DNA from: Lama glama
Lineage: Eukaryota
Assembly: GCA_028534125.1 (NCBI GenBank)
Contig: CM052818.1
Coordinates: 19,470,001-19,534,000, forward strand
DNA length: 64,000 nucleotides
Direction of reading: 5' to 3'
Part shown: piece by piece, positions 53,529 through 64,000 of the stretch
How positions within the stretch are numbered: position 1 is the stretch's first letter
Layout of the letters: the number at the start of each line of letters is the position of its first letter
Notes under the pieces: generated by a model
What the model was told of the DNA's origin: nothing
The model's database searches: none
The model's input: the letters and a program-made list of their open reading frames with translations, nothing else
Made by a program: the position numbers and the translations under genes

Positions 53529-53734
53529 CCACCCTTGGAAACTGCTTCAATTTCAAGAAAATACCTACAAACAATAAGCATAAATGAAAAACGGTACACT
53601 GCTGCTTCAAAATTGTACTCGTTATTGGATTTGGTCAAGTTTTCGGCACTGAGACGGCAGGCTCAAGTTTGCGAGCATGGCAGGAAGCTGCCGTCTGCCT
53701 GGCTGCAGGCCTGAAGACAGAGCCCACATCCTCC

Positions 53735-53898
53735 TCACCAGCTCCCTAATCAAGTTTCTGGATGTGACCTCCCGGGAGGCATTGATCAGAGGAGCTAATG
53801 TCTGAAATGCAGGAGGTCACCAGCTCCCTAATCAAGTTTCTGGATGTGACCTCCCGGGAGGCATTTATCAGAGGAGCTAATGTCTGAAATGCAGGAGG
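53735..53898. repeat. 2 x 82-bp tandem duplication
   Basis: Units 53735-53816 and 53817-53898 differ at one base (attGatc vs attTatc). Confidence 0.95.
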
Positions 53899-55150
53899 AA
53901 GGAGGATGAGGCTTGCAAAAACCAAACATTTGCTGAGCAGACTGGAAGGCAACAGGAGCCACGCGGAGGGGAACCTGGGCCGAGGTGTGATGCCACTGAG
54001 CGGGCTTCCTCTCCCTGACTCTGACCACTCGCTCACGTGGGCCTGAGCCAGAAATCCTTTAAGAAGTTGGGCAGTGGGAATAAGGGCTGAAAAGGGAATC
54101 TCTGTTCTGGCCTGTTTTTAAGGACTTTCGGGGTCAGCAGGGACCTTGTAAAGATGACCTGGTTGAGCTCCTCTCCCACGTGATATTTACATTCTTCGGG
54201 CGACATCCTCACCAGGTGATTCCTGAGTTTGTGCCTGGACTATGCTACGAGTTAAACCATTTTTCCTGATACTGAGTTGACGTCCAACTCTTCTTAGCTT
54301 CTACTCCTAAACAAATCAGACCCCTTTCGACAACGACAACCCTTCAGCCATCTGAGCCATTGTCCGGATGCTTCTGTGTTCTCCATGTGGCAGACATCAG
54401 TGATGCCCTCGTGACAGTTCTCCTCAAAGAGCTCTCACAGTGGGACATCTGATGTGGAAACTAGACTGCAACAGGAGAGGACTGTGTCGCTGTGGGCTCC
54501 TAAATGATACCTCAGAAATCACTGTGCGAATGCAGGCCTGTACGCTTTCAGATCATTACACCTATCCTGGTATCTCCTCTCTGAAAGCAGCTAAAGAAGG
54601 CAGAAAAAACCTTGGGTCTACTATATCACCTGTCAGAGAGGTGTTCCCTGGACCAGAGAATGCCCACTGCACAGGGAAGTAAAACTGAGGTTCTGAGAAG
54701 GGGCTGACTTGCCCATGATCACCCAGGAAGAGAATGGCAAAGCCAAGACCAGAGCACCAATATCCTGCCCCCAGCCTCCAAACCTTCCCACAGGAGAGTC
54801 ATTGAGCCCTGGGCACCCAAGTCCTGGGCTCCACGTCCTAGGATTAGGGGCTGCCAGCCCCTATTGGCACCCTCGAAGCCATTCTCAAAGGGTGCTCAAG
54901 TTGGGCCTGACATGACAGCGTGTTCCAGGATACCACCTGAATCCCACAATGAGGCATGGAGCTCCTCTGAAATGGGGGAGGCAGCCCAGTGACTAGAGAG
55001 GGCCTGGAGGCCTCCCCAGAAAAGGCATTTTGGTATTTGTCTAGCGTTTCCAGGGCAAGGATCTGATGTGTAACAGTGACAACCTCTAGGGCTAGACGGC
55101 CTTACAGAAACATGGCAAAAGGTATCAGCCAATCCTAGATTTTTTCGTCA

Positions 55151-55570
<420 letters not shown>

Positions 55571-58500
55571 TCAGGAACTCGTCTTGGGTGATGGAAACCA
55601 TCCCACTGAGTCATAGCCCAGGATGGGCTTGCTCTTGGGTGAGGTCTGAGAAACCAAGCGATAGTTTCAGAGCGCTCGCTCTGTGTCAGGCCCTTTGCTA
55701 CGTGCTCCACACAGACCATCTCAGCCAACACTCACAAAACCCCACAGAGCAAGCACTTTTATCACCCACTTCAGAGAGGAGGAAACTGGCACAGAGAGGA
55801 TAAGGAACTCGCCTAAGGCCACGGGGAGAGGAAGTGACGGAGCCAGGTTTGTACTGGGCTGTCTGACCTCAGAGCCTGGCCGTGGGGACATGGGTGGGGT
55901 GGGGGGGTCCTCCTGCGGCTAAGCATTTACTCAGGTAGACTGACTTTTTCCAGTGTCCTGTCACTCCATTTGTTCACCATGTGTCTGGGGACAGCGAACT
56001 GGACACAGACGTGGTTCTCCAGGAAGGGCAGCAGACCAAACAGCTAACTCCACCCACGTGATCAGGAAGAGGGGAGCCAGGTGATGCTGCCAGGGACAGG
56101 TGGGGGGATGAGGAGGAAGGAGGCCTAGGGGGTGCCTGCGAATGGGCAGGGTTCACACCAAGGAGTATTGGTAACAACTACAAAACCGCCTGCACTTACC
56201 GGAAACATCTTCTCTCATTTATTCCACATGTGTCTGGGAGGGAAGCAGGTACCCTCATGTACCCCAGGCTAACACACCAGGCTGAGAGAGGGAGGCCCTC
56301 ACCCTAGTCCCGCAGTGGAAGGGGCTCCCCAGCAGCTCCTAGCCTCTCTCCAAACCCTGCACTGTCTGCTGCATGTAGGAGAACAGGGGACGCACACGCC
56401 TTTCCTCCAACAGGCAGGAAAGTTTTGCCCCACAACCGGTTTGCCTTCCTCCCCTAGATCAGTACAAAATGCGGCAGTTTCTCCACCCCTGGGCCAGCCC
56501 ACACAAACACACATTCAAACCCACACCGCGCAGGTACCCACCTGCCGTAGGCACCTTCAGAAACGCGGCTCCTCGAGGGGCCGTGCAGCCCACCCAGCCC
56601 TCAGCTTGGCTGCCCCTTCTGGGGCTGGTGTACCACACAGGTGGGAGGGGGCACAAAGGGCGAGCAGAGCCTGGCTGGTGACTTTGCCGAGAGCTGAGGT
56701 TCCACTAGTTCAGATTAGGTCTAGGGTAGAGCGTGGATAACAGACTTCCCAAAGGAAGCGCCCAGAAAGAGGTGGAGAACCCAGGCACCCCATCTTGTTC
56801 CAACAAGAAGCAGGGAGGAGACCTCAGGAAGGCCTTGACTGTAGCACACAGCACTGGGGTACTCGGCACAGACATTACCTAAGGTCCACTGTGTAAGCAA
56901 AGTAGCTCACCACATTCTAAAATACTGCCGACGGCTTTCTGAGACGGGCACTCTCTACTGGAGATGAGAACTGGGGAGAATCAGAGAATTAATTGAACAC
57001 AGAGGAGCCAGGCTCCCATGATAAGGTGAAAGAGAGAAAACACAGGCTCTTGTCCTTGGAGACAGCCTGAAATGGAGACTCCCAAGGCGGAAAGTTCAGG
57101 AAGGCCAGGCCAGGAGGGGTGGGCTCTGAACCCAGGGCCTTGCAGGGAAGGTGGGTCAGGGGCTTGGCTGTCTCAGCCTGAGCTCTCTGCTCTGCTGTTA
57201 TGCCCCCTTCTAGAGCTGCCACCTGGGGCTCCCAGCAGGCGGTCTTCATACCTGAGTGCACCATGTCCAGCTGCTGAGTACTGTGTGCCTGGCCCTCCCT
57301 GGAGAGGGAGAAAGATCACAGGTGGGGGAGTGGAGCAGCTGAGCCATCAAACCACCGGAGGGACCCAGGGCAGTGGAATGACAAGTGCCAGCTCTGAGTG
57401 TTCCGTGCACCCAGGTGGGGGTCAGGTCAGCTGTGCTGGTGTGGTCAGGGAAGTCTTCCTGGGGGAAGTGGCATTTGAGCTGGGGCCTGAAGGCATAGAG
57501 GCACTTGGACTTGCAGAGAGAAGGGAGGTTGTGCCGACCCAAAGGGCTGGGCCCCACGGTGGCAGAACTTTCAGGGTCCTGGAGGAGAAGGCAGAAGCCG
57601 AAAGAAGGAAGTTTGTGGTGTGTGTTGGGGGTGGGGAGGCCTGTCCTGCACCAGCCCTGTGGCTGCTTCCTCCATCGCCAGGAGCTCAGCTCAGAGGCAA
57701 GGCTGTCCACTCCCCTAGACCTTGCCCCAGCAGGCCCGCCTCAGGCCTGGCCCACCAGCCCACCGGGTCCTGGCACAGCTCATTAAGCTGTTTACAACTT
57801 GCTGCCCTCTCTCCCAAGCCCCATCTCTGGAGGCTGTGCCTGGTCCCTCCCTTGGGAACTTCTCAGAGTGCCTTCACACCAACAGATTTCAATTACAGGG
57901 ATCTCCAGCCCCCACCTTCCTCAGGGCCCTGGGCCCTGTCCTGGCCACACACCAGAGAACATGCCTGAAAAATAGGTAGGGCTGCTTTGCTCCGATGGAC
58001 TTCATTACCAGTTAGGCAGGAAACCAGATGACACAGAACAGAGCCAGAGAAGTGAGGTCTCCTGAGGTCTCCTGGCCACCGTGCAGACAGCCCCTGGCAG
58101 GCCCAGCCTCCAGAATGGGGCCCCTAACCTGCACCCAGCCTCACACATCTGAGGGGGCTGCAATGCACCCCTTCTTCCTAGCCTTAGTGTCCCTGAACAG
58201 TTGTTTTACCAAACATGGTGCTCCCCAGACAGCTGGCCTGGGCTGCAGCAGGAGCGGCATGGCACTGTGCCCGCCCACTGCCCGATCCTCCACCTCCCAG
58301 CCCTGGCTGCCAGGGCCCCGAGGTGCCCACACCCATCCCGGACTCCCTTGGCCAGGGCTAGAGGAGCAATCACTGTTACTGGATTTTCCTTGAATTCTCA
58401 TGGTCGAGTCCTCACTCCAGCAAACAGGGGCTTTGTGGCCCTCAGTGTCAGAGGCCCCCTCTGATCCCCAGTTCCTTCCCTCTCCCTCCTTTCTGATTTC

Positions 58501-60399
58501 CCACTTCTCTCGTCTTTTGCTCTGCTTGCTCCCGACCTCCTCTCTGGTCTCTCTCAGTTTTTCTCTTTCTTCCCTCCATCTCCACCCGCCCCCTCCATGC
58601 TCTCTCTCAGCATGCTCCAAATGGAAAACATCTGTTCCCTGGAGCTTTGCAACAGTCTCTCTTATTATTTTTTTCTGAGGCATCCTGATCTAACCCTGCA
58701 CCCAGAGCTGGCTCTATCCTTTCTGCCAACCTTGCCAACGCTGAGCCCTCTTTACAGGGAGGAGGTCCTTGATCGGCTCATCCTGGGCTGAGAAGCAAGG
58801 TGAGGGAGGGCCCAGGCCACACCAATGGCCTCTTGGGAGCCTCCCCAGGTGAGCTGTGTTTCCTAGAAGCCCTGAAACCCCAGAAAGGAGGGGGTCACTG
58901 AAGCTAAAAGGACAGAAGCCCCTCAGGACAGGAGAGGTTAGGCCTTCAAAAGAATCCATCTTGAGCCCCTAAACTTTCCCCTAAAGGAAACAGCACTTGC
59001 CCATGGAACAAACCCTCAGGACATAAGGAGGCCCAGAATAAAGGAGAAGGAAGGGTGGAGGAGGGCGGGGGAGGAATGACAGAGGGGTGGGGTGGGGTGG
59101 AGTGGAAGGGAGAATGACCAGGAGAGAAACACAGAGAATCCAAAGGTCTGAAGGGACTTTTTGGGTTGCTCTGAGAGCCTCCACCCCTGGGACCCAACTG
59201 GAGCATTGTTTGCTTCAGGCCACGTGGGCATCAAGGCTGTAGGGGCCTGGGCTCCCAATTTCCTGTCCTGGGAGTGAGGAGGGGGTGACGGGCAGAGAGC
59301 AGGGAAGCAGGGAAAGCAGGAGCAAGGGAGGTGAGGACGTGGGAAGCAGGCACAGAAGGCCAGAGGGAGAAGGGCGGGGGGCCGGGAGAGAAGGGAGGAA
59401 GATAACGGAAGAAATGAGGAGGAATGAGGGAAATCCATTAAGTCAGAGGAGCACGTGGGACCCAGGCTCAGACATAACTTCTGCCTTGACTATAATCTTA
59501 TAATAAATATGCTCCTTAAACACAACCCTGACCGCCCCACCCCAGGTCCCCAGGCTGCCCAGCAGACAGCAGGGGTAGATTCTGCCTCTAGGGCCACCTA
59601 AAACGCCAGTGCCCAGCCCATGTGAATCTGCCATTCGGGATTCACTCCAGGACCAAGAGTGCAGGGGAACTCTCCCGACATCATCTCCCTCAGCTCCCAG
59701 AGACGTGAGCTGCAGTGAGAGGGGAGGGTGGGCCATCCTGCTCTTTAAAGTACCTCTTGACACTCAGGATCCTGGAGCATCTATGGGGCTGGGGGCCTCT
59801 CCCATTTTCACACGGACCCACTGCCAAAGAAGTAACATTTTTGAAACTCGTCTCTGGAAACCCTCTGTGACGCTGCTTCTCACATCAGACTGGAATGAGA
59901 AGGAGGCTTGAAGAGGGAGGGAGGAGGACGAGGGCTGGGAGAGGACCGATAACGACATTTCCCAACCTGAGAGTGGGTTAATGATGGAACTTACTGCCAA
60001 AACAGACTGGGATGCGATTTATCTTAAACTAAACCAGGGGGGTGAGCTCATTCCAAAATGATAAAGGGGGACAGTTTTCCCTTCCTGGAAATTTGCTGCA
60101 GCTGGTGGAATCATCAGGCGGGGTGGGTGGGCATGGGGAGTGCTGATGACAATACTCAGCCTGGGCCAGGCAGTGGGTGGGGGCTTAGGGAGAAGTTACT
60201 GCCTTGGTCATCTGCTCCAGGCAGACCTTCATTCAATGGTGCTCAGCACATGTGTGCTGGTGATGGTGGTCGCTAGGGGCTGGGAGAGGGCTCAAGGAGT
60301 GAGATTCTCCAGAATCCTTCCACGCTCAGAACCAAAGACCTAGGACACCTTCTGGCTTCCCTTTCTGGCTGTGGCAACTGTTCACCAGTTGATCCCTCC

Positions 60400-60830
60400 T
60401 TCCTTCTGTAATGACAGATACCCTAACTTTTAACAGGGCATATGGACACCCAGAATAATGACATTTCCCAGAGTCCTTTGCAGCTGGGTGTGGTCATGTG
60501 ACTAAGTTCTGGCCAATGAATCATGAGGGGAAGTGATGTATGCAAATTCCAGGACATGTCCTTCTAGGGAGGGGGTGTCCCCTTCTCCCACTCTTCCCAG
60601 CTATGCCTTGGAATGTGAGTGTGGTGGAGGGCCACCTTGGATCACAAGGACAAGAGTGACACCCAAGTGAGAGCAGAGCCAGCAAAACAGAAGGAACCTG
60701 GGTCTCCAGACCAGGAGAGCAGTGCCATCATCCCAGCCAAGGCTGCCATCTCTGAATTATTACAGGAGAAAAAAGAAGTATTTACCTTTAGAAGCCACTG
60801 CTATTTTGGATTAGTCACCCCCCGCCAAAC
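60400..60830. mobile_element. Old MaLR LTR (MLT1-type)
   Basis: catttcccagagtcctttgcagctgggtgtggtcatgtgactaagttctggccaatg...agaaggaacctgggtc. Confidence 0.65.
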
Positions 60831-62778
60831 CGGTCTCCTAATGCCACATTGCCCAACCTTTCCCTGGCACCATGTTCCAAGCATTTGGATTTGTTCTCAG
60901 AGTTCTGTGTGGGCTAAACATCCAGGATAATGTCCAGAGAAGAGAGGTTAATGTGCAAATTATTGAAGGGCGTGTTTATACTGAAATTCCCAAGTCTAAT
61001 TATGGGCTTCAGGAAGGCCTTTAACCTTACGTGGAGTCACCAGCACATACTAGCATCCCCAGCATCCAGCAGCATCTCTGAGAAAGCAAGCAGCCTTGTG
61101 AAACACAGAAACCCTGTCATCTGCTGAGAGCAGTAAACACGGCAAATCATTAAAACGAAAGGTCTTGGGAGCTCCAGAGTAGGCAACATACAATTCTGAA
61201 ACCAATCACTCACACTGATCCATTCCCTGAAGCTGGCCAAGCCCCCCGGTGTGGGGGCAGCATCCCAGGCCCGTGGTGGGGGGGGCCCAGTGTGCCCACT
61301 GAGAGCTGTTCCAGCTGCATGTCTTGGAAGGAGACAGAAGCATCTTTGCCTAAGAGGAGGCCTTGTTTGTTATCCCTCTGGATTTTTCAACATTCCTCTT
61401 CCTACTTCAGAAGCAACAAGCTGACCGTGAAACACAGCCCCCACACATCCTAGCCTCCTAAGGGAGCCTGATATGCTAACTGGGGCAGTGTCTGCATTAT
61501 TAACATGCTTCCCAGTCTAGTCTTTCTGTGGATCCTGGTCCAATTTTTTTCCCCCTAGATTTAGAACCTGTGGAGGGGAGAGTGGGGGCGTACTGCATAC
61601 TAATGTGTCCATATGTGAAATCCATGCAGCAGGGAACCTTTAGATTCTCAGTCACAAGCAATTCTAACTCTGACTTGAAAAATCCATAGGTCTCAGGAAT
61701 GGAATATCTATCTCAGTCTCTTCTCCATCTCCTCTTGGGGATTCTTGGCACCACCTACTTGGTGGAGAAGGGGCAGAGAGGAGGGTAATCAGAAAAAAGG
61801 TGAGGAGCAAGGGGGCATGTTGGCCTGGAGCATTTTTAGGATTTCCCTTATCCTATCATCTTTCTCTTTCTCCTGCTGCTGCCGCCATTTTATCTCATTC
61901 AGGCACATCTCTGCCTTGATTCTCTCTTTTCACTCTAATCTGGCTCTCACACCACCACTGGATTAAACTTTTCCATCACTTCTGGGGGTCACTCCTCAGC
62001 ATCCCTTAGCCGAGCACCGAGGACCCTCACTGCAGTTGGTACCCCTCTGCCTTTGCTGTCACTGTCACCACCACTGCAGTGGGCAGGACAGAAGCCCAGC
62101 ACCACTGGCCAAGTACCTGCTAAGTGCTGACTGCTTGATATGCACTAGCTCATTTAGATCAGGACAGGCAGGAAGTGAGCCGTGTGACTGTAAAGCTGCC
62201 TGCCTCCCCGACACTAACATGCTCAAACTCCACCGTGGCAATGGTGCCGATTAGCCAACAAGAGAGACTGTTACCTGAATGGTGACCCATTATTACCAGC
62301 CCTCTGCTTTCAATGAACTCGACCACCAGACCTCACTTTCTTGGGGACCAGCACATTGCTTCTTCTCTTGCTACCCCATGAGCTCTTGGGATTTGAGTCC
62401 TATAACTACTTCTACTCAGGAGAAGGTAGGCAAGGAGGAAGGATGCAGCCTGTTTCTGAGACTAAGACTATGTCTGTGCAACCTTCCCTCAAGTCCCCTT
62501 ACACTTGTATTTGCCATGAGAGAACCTTTCCCAGGGAGGCAGGCACTATCACCATTTAGTGAAAAGGAAACCCGCCAAATGACAGATTCAGTGATTTGCT
62601 CCGGCCAAGCAAAGAAGAAATAGCTGGAATTAGAGCTCCTGGTTCCTGATTCCCAGGCCTTTCCACGAGTACTGCAGCCTGTGTGATCTTTCCCATGGGT
62701 CCCCCAAGCCCCACACTCCTTTCCACAAGACAGGACACAGCTCCAAAAACCTAGCGGCACGCAGGCAGGTGGGTTTCA

Positions 62779-63051
<273 letters not shown>

Positions 63052-63099
63052 TCAATCACTAAGGAAAAAACCTTGAATGTTGGCAACAGTGAGCATTCT

Positions 63100-63430
63100 A
63101 TCACTGCCTGTGATACTGAAAACAGAAATGACCTGAATGTCCACCAACTGGGACTGATTAAAAATAAGAGAGTGTAATCATTTAAGACTATGTAGTCATT
63201 AAAATAATAACATATAAATAGGGGTATCGATGCAGAAAGATGCTGACATTGTACAGTTCAGTGGAAAAAAACAGATTGCAAAAGGGTATGATCACATTTT
63301 TATAAAAAAGAAAATATGAGCATGTTTCTGAAAGTCTGAAGGCCATTTATCTGGGTGGTGAAATGATGGACGGCTTTTCCTTTCTTCCTCTTCTATGGTT
63401 ACTGTCTGTTTTCACAAGTGTACGTTACTT
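63100..63430 (+). mobile_element. Ancient L1ME-like 3' fragment
   Basis: aaatgacctgaatgtccaccaactgggactgattaaa...agattgcaaaagggtatg. Confidence 0.5.
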
Positions 63431-64000
63431 CTTTAAAGGAAGGTCCCATTTGAGGTTGGGCTGAGAAGGATCTTTAGGGAGCAGCTCAGGCCAGATCCTG
63501 TGCCCCCTGGAGAATTTCTCCTCATGGCAGTTGAATGACATGGGTCCCTGTTCAGGATATAAAAGCCGTTGACATTTACAATCCACATGCAGGTGAAATG
63601 CGAGCACTTCTCTCTCTGAGGCAGTAACGGCTCCAATAAACTCAGGAGTCCTCGGGGCAAAACACAGATGATTTCAGTTTATAAGGTGAGCGTATGTGGA
63701 GTCCTGATAACTCCATCCGGTTTCTTCCCTCTCTAACTGCAAGGGCACTTCGCCCTCTGTCACCACTGTGTCCTCAGAGTCAGCAGCTCCATGTCCGGCC
63801 TGGCGCTCCTCAGACGTGCCTCTCAAGGCAGGTGCTGGGCCGGGCTTTGGAAAGCAGCTCCATCACTTGACAGCGAAGACGCAACTTGGATCGCAGCCAC
63901 CGAAATGGAAAAGATGAGCAATGCTTCCAAACACAACTCCCTCCTGCTTCCACTCCCGTGACTAATTCTCCTGCTTTGTTTCTGAGGAAGGTATCCCCTT

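Noticed and set aside
57072..57968. 298-aa ORF antisense to a TTC7A intron
   Set aside because: Low-complexity G/P/S/A-rich translation of GC-rich DNA that includes L2-like sequence, with no recognisable domain. The same applies to the many short ORFs from 37 to 64 kb.

Overview
Mammalian genomic DNA, most likely from a camelid (alpaca or camel), judged by six copies of a tRNA-Ala-derived, Vic-1-like SINE. Two spliced genes converge. (1) Complete STPG4 (C2orf61/GSE) on the + strand: 7 coding exons from ATG 1256 to stop 28182, about 235 aa, with four PGxY (SHIPPO-type) repeats. (2) The last three coding exons and a roughly 2 kb 3'UTR of TTC7A on the - strand (62933 down to about 42130). The rest is intron and intergenic DNA with L1, L2, MIR, SINE, MaLR/ERV LTRs, MER20/MER5, a decayed hAT-Charlie transposase, a processed U6 copy and a 500-N gap. 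Nearly all ORFs in the track are spurious. I found no new biological system. The most interesting items are an antisense LTR with a 4x23-bp CCAAT array flanked by octamers, the hAT fossil with a nested L1 and adjacent U6 copy, a perfect 21-bp fold-back at an L1 junction, an 82-bp duplication next to an RFX X-box, and the STPG4 exon/repeat architecture. Gene and repeat names come from recalled sequences, not database searches.
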